This document shows positions 10,901 through 18,291 of a stretch of DNA of 63,314 nt, in pieces. Position numbers and translations under genes: made by a program. Positions within the stretch are counted from its first letter, which is position 1, and each line of letters opens with the position of its first letter. The DNA lies in the NCBI GenBank assembly GCA_013202975.1, contig JABMQY010000014.1, positions 1 to 63,314 on the forward strand. The letters run 5' to 3'. Source of the stretch: Candidatus Saganbacteria bacterium. Lineage in GTDB: Bacteria; Margulisbacteria; WOR-1; XYC2-FULL-46-14. Below the pieces are notes generated by a model. It was given only the letters and a program-made list of their open reading frames with translations. It had not been told where the DNA came from and searched no databases.

Positions 10901-11537
10901 TAGCTCTTCAGAAATTCGAGCAGAGGCAGCCGAAACACTGTTAAAATTTAACGCCTATACCAGCACAACGCAAGCGCGAACCTTAAAACTGCATATACTG
11001 CTTGCAAACAAAAAACCGGACAAATGGATAGAAATATTTCGCTTTGCCGAAACAGCAGTACCGGTTCTTAATTTTGCATTATTAAATGATGATAATTACA
11101 CAATCCGCTCGGATTGTGCCCGGGCATTGGGATGGATAAAAGACAAGAGATCGCTGAAATATTTATTGCGGGCTTCAAGAACAGATAATACGAATGTCGT
11201 CAGAGTAGCGGCAGCAAAAGCGCTTGGTTATTTTGGGGACAAAAGAGCCATACCGGCCCTTAGAAGAAGCTTAAAGGGAAGATATGTACAAGTTCGATCA
11301 GCAGCCGCTTTTGGACTTTTAAAATTGAAAGATTACAAAAATATTGCCCAGAAAGAAGTTCTAAAGGCTCATTTATTAATCGGCAGCAAAAATAAAAAAA
11401 GATGGAAAAAACTTAAAAAACTGGGCAAAAACGCACTGCCAGTACTAAAAAGATTTCGAGATGAGCTTGGTCACTGGAATGACGATAGACCAATAGTTCA
11501 AAACCTAATTGAAACTATCGAAAAAGAGAAAAAATAG
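7887..11537 (+). CDS. Large HEAT-repeat protein (divergent paralog 4)
   Basis: 1216-aa ORF. Shares EGYG...HPLDINCDRKICEKEGW and the FLxxEL...FLDKIA helical block with paralogs 1-3, followed by many HEAT units. Confidence 0.88.
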   Translation: MGVINNCNIDATNRLFPSLNKNYKDKDESCSIDAITAKKKQKDIRYRILSRLEQNKYVKEGLKKIGRNGITGEGYGNPQKCHPLDINCDRKICEKEGWIAYLSNNDSSKKFLLLELNKIKNFNDKKTFLDKIANLARENKKALSNLLAASLQEGIDKKDKELILYVLNYLWGSTKNHKGIHPLCIMVGKNVSGLTNDKVKPILEKILDDKTRNKDKRKEKEKDFPYAFVKVVVAVLGRIDAEQMFPDDNFHSSANINRTNIAAAIGFLLIRNKEFVNETDIHHSYLKNQLGRYSGSDKFKNEICRGFYEIGDKKSIGALRTVLSNSNSFSVCLTAVNYLLSLKAFRDDREKKEWQAYQMISARDQKGLIKLRDWAIPALRNAIFEENDEEVIKLAAETLGKIGSDQAVYNLSAPLYRLNNYKHGKLLVAALGATKSPKAIRALAEELRTKDLMIPSLEALYMLNLPEKTIPILKETKDQHPFVNVRAQAAEILIRLKQYRNNEEKEELNSFNLIAKNKWKEVRKNKTIAIPALISACLYDQDTNVRNQAAYTLKLIDIQKTNTLLLSTIKNNKYSFEIMIKATKALAVISDKKNILPLIRIFNKSKSDYFKAEIVRTLGFTGGPIVERFLKKAIRNKRLIIRQAAVSAFVLKITPQKIQTLRNFLNDPNARIRGTAARALMRLKLYKKPALMAHVMIDSITFPNSKKGDDDTKIWEKIEKLGNPALPALILTVKDGPTHVHEENAARILGLIGNPKACPALGYALLSNREEKVRKMAAWALGKIRSSSAVTSLHKAWDLEKHHATKKMILEALTITLRGDKKIFFLTKVLREEQNAHLRAKAAQLLLRINPALDSKTKQFLEAYSLIAGNKHYKWKRLEKIGSQAIPALSAFLLQKNPCNTDNNYSCGEKFNENRQQAIVLLGKTKDQKALKALFFVLKNDFPVELEISAVESIGNLNQPYAALILIKHLNSDYYKLTIKILKILRCLGNSDPKTIRALNNLIKSSSSEIRAEAAETLLKFNAYTSTTQARTLKLHILLANKKPDKWIEIFRFAETAVPVLNFALLNDDNYTIRSDCARALGWIKDKRSLKYLLRASRTDNTNVVRVAAAKALGYFGDKRAIPALRRSLKGRYVQVRSAAAFGLLKLKDYKNIAQKEVLKAHLLIGSKNKKRWKKLKKLGKNALPVLKRFRDELGHWNDDRPIVQNLIETIEKEKK

Positions 11538-11550
11538 CTGCCTTTTAGCC

Positions 11551-11579
11551 TTGCTATCTCAAACAAACTATATTATACT
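11551..11579 (+). promoter_or_regulatory. sigma70-type promoter, probably leaderless transcript
   Basis: TTGCTA-17-TATACT, with the ATG of 11588 only 8 nt after the -10 box and no Shine-Dalgarno. Confidence 0.6.
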
Positions 11580-11587
11580 TTTCTCAA

Positions 11588-12631
11588 ATGGCAATGTTTT
11601 ATCCGTATTTTGAACTGGCGGCTTCGCTCTTTATTTTACTGCTTTGTTTTCAAATTTACACCCGGCATTATACTAACAAAGTAGCGCGTTTCTACTCTTA
11701 TTTTGCCCTGATCGCCTTTTTGGCAGCGATCTTAACCTTTTCACTAAGAATTGCCCTGACCCTGGAACTGGCCCGCAACATTAACCGTATAAGCGCAAGC
11801 GTCTGGTGCTTTGTCTTTGCCATGTACGCCCACTTTGCCTTAATCTTTGCCAGAAAATGGACCTTCTTAAAAAGCAAATTGAGTTCAGTAATACTATATT
11901 TACCCCCTGCGCTGCTCAGTTTGTTATTTCTTTTTACTAATCAGATGTATAGCCGCTACGAAATCACTCCGGTTGGGATCGTAAGCCAGCCGGCACCGCT
12001 CTATTCACTATTTATTCTGCTGACAGTCATTTATACTATCTGGGGAATAACCCTATTTATTATTGACACAAAAGGGGCCCCTCAGGAAACAGAGAGAAAA
12101 CAGGCATTAATAATTGCAGCCGGTTCCATCCTTGCAATAGTTATTGGAATAACCTCTGATCAAATAATTCCCCTGGTCATGCAGGTCCGCTACCTTCCTC
12201 CTACTGCAGTATTTAGCATCACCTTATTGAATCTATCCATTTTTCTCGCTATGAGAAAATATAGTCTCTTTGCCATCTCCCCTGCCTTTGCTGCTGATAT
12301 TATTATAAAAACAATGCCGGATGCAATGCTGGCAACAGACTTAGAGGGGAAGATATTATTTATTAACGAAGAATATAAAAAATTATTTTGTGATAAATCA
12401 GAAACATGTGTCGGAACAAATATTTCATCCCTCTTTAAAGATCCCCAAAAATACCAGCAGCTTTTTAATGAGGTGGTTTTTAAGAAAAAAGAGATCCTGC
12501 GTTTTGAAGCCGAACTGATTGACCCTCTGGGCGAACGAATCCCGGCTCTGATTAACGCTAACCTTTTGCGGGATAAACTGCTGGGAGACCTGCTAGGGAT
12601 TATTTTCATTATCAGGGATATTAGGGGCTGA
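11588..12631 (+). CDS. HisKA_7TM-like membrane sensor + PAS domain, no output domain
   Basis: About 7 hydrophobic helices, then a PAS-like segment (MPDAMLATDLEGKILFINEEY...IIFIIRDI) ending at the stop. Confidence 0.75.
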   Translation: MAMFYPYFELAASLFILLLCFQIYTRHYTNKVARFYSYFALIAFLAAILTFSLRIALTLELARNINRISASVWCFVFAMYAHFALIFARKWTFLKSKLSSVILYLPPALLSLLFLFTNQMYSRYEITPVGIVSQPAPLYSLFILLTVIYTIWGITLFIIDTKGAPQETERKQALIIAAGSILAIVIGITSDQIIPLVMQVRYLPPTAVFSITLLNLSIFLAMRKYSLFAISPAFAADIIIKTMPDAMLATDLEGKILFINEEYKKLFCDKSETCVGTNISSLFKDPQKYQQLFNEVVFKKKEILRFEAELIDPLGERIPALINANLLRDKLLGDLLGIIFIIRDIRG

Positions 12632-12632
12632 T

Positions 12633-13721
12633 CTACCTATAAATCCTCGTTACACGTTTACCAATACCACAAACCACTTCATAAGAGATAGTATCATCCA
12701 GTTTTGCAATCTCATCGGCAGAAATCACCTGCCCCAGCTGCTCTCCAATTAAAACCGCCTCATCCCCGACACTGACCTTATCTTGTCCGACATCAACCAA
12801 AACCATATCCATTGAAACACGGCCGGATATAAGGTAACGCCTGCCATTGATCAAAACATAGCCCTTGTTTGAAAGCCGGCGGGAATAACCATCAGCATAC
12901 CCGACCGGAAGGGTAACAATTTGGCTTTCCTGTCTTGTGACATATGCCCCGCCATAGGAAAGAGGAATACCCGAAGCGACTCTTTTTGAATAAACCACCC
13001 GGGTTTTAAAACTAAGTGCCGGTTTTAAATCAATCCTGTTACCCGAAAAACTTGGGTTAAGTCCGTACATCATAAGCCCGACCCTTACCATATCTAAATG
13101 GGTCGAGGGATGCAAAAGGGTGGCAGCAGAATTGGCAGCATGTTTTAGCTTAAGCGGCGGGATCCCGGATAAAATACCGGTAAATTTATCAAATTGGGTT
13201 TTTGTGAACGAGTCATCCGGTTCTTCCGCTTTGGCAAAATGGGTAAAAACTCCCTCGATTTCCAAATTTGGCAGCGAGGCTATTTTAGTATAAAGGGCAA
13301 CGGCCTCAGACAGCCCCACCCCAACCCTCCCCATTCCGGTATCTATTTTTAAATGCAGCTTCCCGATTTTTTTTCTTTGCAAAGCTTCGTCGGATAATGC
13401 TTTTGCCTCAGAATATGAATAAACTGTCTGTGTTAAATTATGCTGCAAAACCTCATCCATTACTGATGTGGGAGACTCGGTTAATATCAGAACCGGGGAT
13501 AAGATCCCCGCTTCACGCAGCTCCAATGCCTCTTTCAAATTTGCTACAGCCAAATAGTCTGCACCGGCGGAAATGGCGCAGCGGGACACCGGGACCGCCC
13601 CATGACCATAAGCATTAGCCTTTACCACAGCCATAAATTTTGTGGTATCCGGAATCAGATTTTTTACCTGAACAATATTATGCTTTATTGCTTCTAAATT
13701 AATTTCTGCGTAAGTATTCAT
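12633..13721 (-). CDS. alr: Alanine racemase
   Basis: PLP-lysine motif AVVKANAYGHG, plus KIDTGMGRVG, HAANSAA, PVGYADGY, GRVSMD. Confidence 0.97.
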   Translation of the reverse strand: MNTYAEINLEAIKHNIVQVKNLIPDTTKFMAVVKANAYGHGAVPVSRCAISAGADYLAVANLKEALELREAGILSPVLILTESPTSVMDEVLQHNLTQTVYSYSEAKALSDEALQRKKIGKLHLKIDTGMGRVGVGLSEAVALYTKIASLPNLEIEGVFTHFAKAEEPDDSFTKTQFDKFTGILSGIPPLKLKHAANSAATLLHPSTHLDMVRVGLMMYGLNPSFSGNRIDLKPALSFKTRVVYSKRVASGIPLSYGGAYVTRQESQIVTLPVGYADGYSRRLSNKGYVLINGRRYLISGRVSMDMVLVDVGQDKVSVGDEAVLIGEQLGQVISADEIAKLDDTISYEVVCGIGKRVTRIYR

Positions 13722-14523
13722 TTCTCATTTTCTCCACCAACGAATCATCAACTGAAAATTCTCCCAGCTTTATCTCACGTCCCGAATTAATCCCATGATA
13801 ATCGGAGCCGCCGGTTAACAGCAAACCAAATTTTTCGGCAAAGTCCAGATACTTCTGGGTTGTTTTCTCAGAATAAGAGGGGTAATAGGCTTCAATTCCT
13901 CTCAAACCTGCATCAACAAATTGCGGAATCAATTCATCAGAATTTGAAATATCGGGATGGGCAAAAACAGCAATTCCACCAATCTCTTTTATGAAACTTA
14001 TGCATTCTTTGGGCTCCAATTTATAATGCGCAACATAGGCCGGCCCGCGAGAGTCGATAAAACGATTAAAGGCCTCATTAAAAGTGGAAACAACACCCTG
14101 CTCAACCAAAACCCGTGCAACATGCGGCCTGCCGGGAGCATCGTTGCCGGCAGCCTTTAGTATTTTTTCCGGATCAACTATAACATCTAACTTCTTTAAT
14201 TTTTCGCATATTTTAAAAATGCGTTCCTTTCTTCCTTTTTGTATTTTTTTCAGAAGAGTTGCAAGATCGGAATTATTATAATCAACAAAATAACCCAGAA
14301 TATGAATTTCTGTTTTATTTATTTCGGTTGAAAATTCAACTCCGGGAATAACCTCAAGCGACATTTCTTTTCCGGCCAGAAGGGCCTCCGGAATCCCCTC
14401 AACCGTATCGTGGTCGGTAAGAGCAATAGTTTTTAACCCGGCATCCTTGGCATAAGTCACAACTATTTTTGGGGTTTCGATCCCATCAGAACAAGCGCTG
14501 TGTAAATGTAAATCTGCAGACAT
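13699..14523 (-). CDS. PHP-domain phosphoesterase (YciV/TrpH-like)
   Basis: DLHLHSACSDG, ALTDHDT, HILGY, GRPHVA, AHP, TGGSDYHG. Confidence 0.92.
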   Translation of the reverse strand: MSADLHLHSACSDGIETPKIVVTYAKDAGLKTIALTDHDTVEGIPEALLAGKEMSLEVIPGVEFSTEINKTEIHILGYFVDYNNSDLATLLKKIQKGRKERIFKICEKLKKLDVIVDPEKILKAAGNDAPGRPHVARVLVEQGVVSTFNEAFNRFIDSRGPAYVAHYKLEPKECISFIKEIGGIAVFAHPDISNSDELIPQFVDAGLRGIEAYYPSYSEKTTQKYLDFAEKFGLLLTGGSDYHGINSGREIKLGEFSVDDSLVEKMRNEYLRRN

Positions 14524-14551
14524 TATACTCTATTTTATCACAAAAGATGAT

Positions 14552-15304
14552 TCAATCGAAGATACGCACGGCCCTGGCAGAAACTTTATTTCCGTCAATA
14601 TCAAAACGCATATAATGATAAAAGCCCCCAAGCTGTGAAGGAAGATAAAGAGGAGCGCCCGCCCCCCCGGTAATAAAATAATCTATTTTGTCACGTCTGG
14701 CATGGCCATAACCATGTATATGGCCGCAGATTACATAGCCAACCTTATACCTTTTAAATATCAAAATCATGCGTTCTGCCATCCTGCGGCTGTCCATAAT
14801 ATGATCATTATAAAATCCGCTGGGGTCAAAAACAGGTTTATGAAAGAAAACAAATTTCAAGGGTTTTTTAGTGGCTGCCAAATCCCTCTTTAACCAGCTT
14901 ATTTGTTTTTCGGTAAAACTCTCGCGAAAAGCATTGTTTAAAATAACAAAATGGGCATTTTTATAATCAAAAGAATAATAATGCGATCCAAAATACTTAT
15001 TAAATCGACGCCATCCACCGGCTACCATATCATGATTGCCGGGAACATGGTAAATGTTCAAACTTGGATATTTCCCGATTATTTTAGTATATTTTTTATA
15101 TTCAGATTCTGATCCGCGAGAAACAAAATCGCCGGTATTAAACGCAAAAGCAATATTTTTTTCTTTGCTGGCCTTATTCAATAAAAGTTTAAAGGTCTCG
15201 TCACCATCCCGATTGTCGCCAAAGGCCAGGAAGGAGAAAGAGTCAGCGTGGGCAGAAGTTAAAGTTAAAAATGAAAAAACCAAAACTAAAAATAAAACCC
15301 TCAC
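14552..15304 (-). CDS. Exported calcineurin-like metallophosphoesterase
   Basis: Motifs GDNR, TGDFV, PGNHD, FHKP, GHIH. Start reassigned to the in-frame GTG at 15304 (GGAGG 6 nt upstream), giving a signal peptide MRVLFLVLVFSFLTLTSAHA. The track start is 15379. Confidence 0.85.
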   Translation of the reverse strand: MRVLFLVLVFSFLTLTSAHADSFSFLAFGDNRDGDETFKLLLNKASKEKNIAFAFNTGDFVSRGSESEYKKYTKIIGKYPSLNIYHVPGNHDMVAGGWRRFNKYFGSHYYSFDYKNAHFVILNNAFRESFTEKQISWLKRDLAATKKPLKFVFFHKPVFDPSGFYNDHIMDSRRMAERMILIFKRYKVGYVICGHIHGYGHARRDKIDYFITGGAGAPLYLPSQLGGFYHYMRFDIDGNKVSARAVRIFD

Positions 15305-15358
15305 CCTGTCCCTCCGGGACATCCCTCTCCCATTGGGAGAGGGAATAAAAGGGTGAGG
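15298..15358. repeat. REP-like branched palindrome
   Basis: Outer stem CCTCACCCT/AGGGTGAGG enclosing hairpins GTCCC-TCC-GGGAC and TCCCTCTCCC-ATT-GGGAGAGGGA. Resembles the widespread CCCTCACCC...CCCTCTCCC..GGGAGAGGG repeat. Confidence 0.75.
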
Positions 15359-15362
15359 ACTA

Positions 15363-15980
15363 TTAGTTTCCAAGATCATCTACCGCAATTCTAAACTCTC
15401 GGATGGTTTTTTCAAAAGAGCGGGCGGTATTTCCCAACACTGTCTTGGTCAAGATTATCCCTTTTGCTCCGGCATCCCAAATAATTGCAACCTCGGATGG
15501 TTTAATTGACCGCTGTGTCGGAATTAAGACCGGCAGGTCAGCAGATATGATTATTGAAATATAATTCTGCAGATCCCCAACCACTAAATCTTTAACCCCC
15601 TGAGTAAGCGGAACGATTGCCGCATCAATTGCTTCGGCTTTATCGCTTAAATTAAGCAGACTGTCGATAGAGAATTTTTCATCCAGCATTAGAATACGAG
15701 TATGGGGGACATTTTTAAATTGAGGAGAATGCTCCATTTCAAAATTTATAAAATCAAGGCCTTGCAGCGCTCTTTTATTTATCCGTCTTGCATCCCGCAA
15801 AACTATTCCGGTAGGGATTTTGACAGATTTGCAAATCTGCTCGGCATTATCCAGGTCATTTATCATCAGGGCATCGGCTCCGGCATTTTCTGCCAGTTTT
15901 GCCGACTCCGGATTATTCTCCCACAAGTTCACAATCAAACTAATTGGATTATTATGCAGCAATCGCCGAAGCTTTGACAT
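15363..15980 (-). CDS. Hypothetical TIM-barrel (ribulose-phosphate-binding-barrel-like) protein
   Basis: 205-aa ORF in the operon after queH. beta/alpha pattern (LIVNL...AENAGADAL, GAKGIIL). Confidence 0.65.
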   Translation of the reverse strand: MSKLRRLLHNNPISLIVNLWENNPESAKLAENAGADALMINDLDNAEQICKSVKIPTGIVLRDARRINKRALQGLDFINFEMEHSPQFKNVPHTRILMLDEKFSIDSLLNLSDKAEAIDAAIVPLTQGVKDLVVGDLQNYISIIISADLPVLIPTQRSIKPSEVAIIWDAGAKGIILTKTVLGNTARSFEKTIREFRIAVDDLGN

Positions 15981-16461
15981 TTATACTCTCCTTACATCCA
16001 CAATATTTCTGCCTGTACAAATTCAATTCTCTAGAGATTATTCTACTCTCGTTAAATCCTTCTCGAAAATCATGATACAAAAACTGAACACCAACTTCAT
16101 CCCCAATTCTCTCGCCAATTTCTCTAATCAAGTCATGCTTTTGATAAGGGCTAATCAATAAGGTTGTCGAATAAAAACCAAACCCATTACTTTTAGCATA
16201 TTCTGCTGTTTTTAGCAATCGGGTTTTATAACAATTTTCACAATCTCCCGGAGGAGTTCTCTTTTTGTCAAAACCAAAAACCAGGGGGATGTTTTTTCCC
16301 TCCGCATAACTTTTTAAAACAAAATAGCGTTTAACAAATTCGGCTTCGGGATAAATGTTTGGATTATAATAATGCGCTGTAGGATCGAAGTTGTTTTCTC
16401 TGAGCCATTTTCCTGTATAGGTCAAACAGGGAGCACAGCAGCTATGAACCAAGATCTTCAT
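15952..16461 (-). CDS. queH: Epoxyqueuosine reductase QueH
   Basis: HSCCAPC, YNPNIYP, CENCY, STTLLISPYQ, YRQKYCGC. Confidence 0.92.
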   Translation of the reverse strand: MKILVHSCCAPCLTYTGKWLRENNFDPTAHYYNPNIYPEAEFVKRYFVLKSYAEGKNIPLVFGFDKKRTPPGDCENCYKTRLLKTAEYAKSNGFGFYSTTLLISPYQKHDLIREIGERIGDEVGVQFLYHDFREGFNESRIISRELNLYRQKYCGCKESINVKASAIAA

Positions 16462-17336
16462 TTTATAAGACCCAGTTTCTCCATGGCAGCTTTTAGCTTA
16501 GCCTTCTCCGTATCGTTTGCTCCAATAAGCGGTAATCGCGGTATTCCAACCGGCCAGCCAATCATCTCAAGAGCGGCTTTAACCGGGGTTGGGTTTGCTG
16601 TAATAAATATTACTTTGAATATTTCTTGAAGCTGTTGGTTAATTTCTTCTGCCTTCTTAATATCACCGGAATCAAATGCATCGATCATTTGATGGATTTG
16701 AGGACCGACTAAATGAGAGGCAACAGAAATAACTCCCACAGCTCCCTCTTTCATGAATTTAATTGTCATCCCATCATCCCCACTCCAAATTGTAAAATCA
16801 GCAGGGACCAAGGCCTTGGTCTTTTTAGTTTGTTCTGGATTTCCAGCAGCATCTTTCAATCCAACAATATTCTTGATTTTAGACAAACGGGCAACAGTCT
16901 CTGGTTCCATATTTACGACAGAGCGGCCAGGGATATTATATATAATGACAGGTAACTTAGTGCATTCGGCAACCGCTTTAAAATGTTGATACATCCCTTC
17001 TTGCGATGGCTTATTATAATAAGGAACAACAATCATAATTCCATCGACACCAATCTCTTCGGCCTTTTTGGTGGCACTTATGGAAATCGCGGTAGAGTTT
17101 GATCCTGTTCCGGCAACAATTTTGGCTTTGCCGGCAACTGCTTTCTTTACTACTCGATAAAGCTCAAATTCTTCCTCATGAGTTAAAGTCGGTGATTCAC
17201 CGGTTGTTCCGTGGATAACCAGGCTGTCAGATCCATTTTCTGTTAAATGAATAGCCAATTTTGCGGCTAAATCATAATTTACAGATAGATCCGGATTAAA
17301 CGGCGTCACCATTGCGGTCAGTAGTTTTCCAAACAT
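16458..17336 (-). CDS. dapA: 4-hydroxy-tetrahydrodipicolinate synthase
   Basis: GTTGESPTL, PYYNKPSQEG, IYNIPGRS, GLKDA, SGDD. Confidence 0.97.
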   Translation of the reverse strand: MFGKLLTAMVTPFNPDLSVNYDLAAKLAIHLTENGSDSLVIHGTTGESPTLTHEEEFELYRVVKKAVAGKAKIVAGTGSNSTAISISATKKAEEIGVDGIMIVVPYYNKPSQEGMYQHFKAVAECTKLPVIIYNIPGRSVVNMEPETVARLSKIKNIVGLKDAAGNPEQTKKTKALVPADFTIWSGDDGMTIKFMKEGAVGVISVASHLVGPQIHQMIDAFDSGDIKKAEEINQQLQEIFKVIFITANPTPVKAALEMIGWPVGIPRLPLIGANDTEKAKLKAAMEKLGLIK

Positions 17337-17342
17337 GTTACA

Positions 17343-17371
17343 ATTGTATCATTTTAAGTGAAATTTTTCAA
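17343..17371 (-). promoter_or_regulatory. sigma70-type promoter of dapA (leaderless)
   Basis: Minus strand TTGAAA-17-TACAAT with extended TG. ATG 6 nt downstream. Overlaps the divergent motif copy 2. Confidence 0.6.
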
Positions 17372-17388
17372 AAAAGGTGACGAAATAA
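17359..17388 (+). promoter_or_regulatory. Conserved alternative-sigma-like promoter, copy 2
   Basis: TGAAATTTTTCAAAAAAGGTGACGAAATAA, 28/30 identical to the copy at 36167. Confidence 0.72.
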
Positions 17389-17406
17389 GTAGGGAGAAAA
17401 ATATAA

Positions 17407-18078
17407 ATGAGTTTACCAATTCAAAAAGTACCGCCAAACAAGCCGAGAAGCTATATCAAAGAAGATACTAACGACGAGATTCCTCTTGAGTGCCAGGTCA
17501 AATATTGTTCAATAGAAAAAATGAGAAAACTACAGGAAGAAGAAAGATTAACCAGGGAACAACAAAGGGCTGCAAAAAGAGAATTTCACGTTATTAATCC
17601 ACCATTAGTTGACGGATCGTTAACCATTCAGGGTGGATATGAGTATTCAAAAAGCAAAGAGGGAAAGGCAATTCCCGCGGTTGGTGCAACCATACATCTT
17701 CGGCCTTCCTTTAATCTGGGTCTACAATATAGTTTTCAAATAGAGGGAGGGGTCAATGAAAAAAAAGGATCACTTGCCCTAAAACATAATGTTGGGGCTA
17801 CTTTTTACAAAATCTTATCCAAAAAGCACAAAGAAAACTTGGGAATCAAATTTGCCTTTACTTATGGCAATGAACTCTATAACAGCATAGATCAGAAAAA
17901 CACTCATTTGGTCGGTTTCACAACTGGCCTGGAGTATGGAAACTATTCTCCAAGATTTTTCTTAAACTATTCTTATCTTAGCAATCTTAATGAAGAAACG
18001 TCACACCAGTTTACATTAGGGGTAAAATGGTTTTTCAGAACTCCGCAACTGCAAGGACCGGCGGAGTCTAGTCAATAA
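17407..18078 (+). CDS. Hypothetical protein with beta-barrel-like C-terminal region and no signal peptide
   Basis: 223 aa with GGGAG RBS. Alternating amphipathic strands (LTIQGGYEY, LGLQYSFQI, FTLGVKWFF) and a charged N-terminus. Confidence 0.7.
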   Translation: MSLPIQKVPPNKPRSYIKEDTNDEIPLECQVKYCSIEKMRKLQEEERLTREQQRAAKREFHVINPPLVDGSLTIQGGYEYSKSKEGKAIPAVGATIHLRPSFNLGLQYSFQIEGGVNEKKGSLALKHNVGATFYKILSKKHKENLGIKFAFTYGNELYNSIDQKNTHLVGFTTGLEYGNYSPRFFLNYSYLSNLNEETSHQFTLGVKWFFRTPQLQGPAESSQ

Positions 18079-18274
18079 AAAACAAAGTCGCAACAGCATC
18101 CGCTAAGGAATGCGGCGGGCCGGTGTAAACCGAATACCCTTCGTATTTCATCCCTTTTTTGACTGCTATCTCCTGACCTATTTTATCCAGTTTCGACCTG
18201 CCTTCGGGATTTGAGACATCAACCGGAAACGAAAGCTCCTTCTTTCTTGTACACATTGTATCTAAATGGTCCAT
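18068..18274 (-). CDS. Small hypothetical protein (68 aa)
   Basis: ATG at 18274 with GGAGG RBS directly downstream of the EF-G gene. The track ORF begins earlier, overlapping fusA. Confidence 0.55.
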   Translation of the reverse strand: MDHLDTMCTRKKELSFPVDVSNPEGRSKLDKIGQEIAVKKGMKYEGYSVYTGPPHSLADAVATLFFID

Positions 18275-18291
18275 TGGTAATCCCTCCCTTA

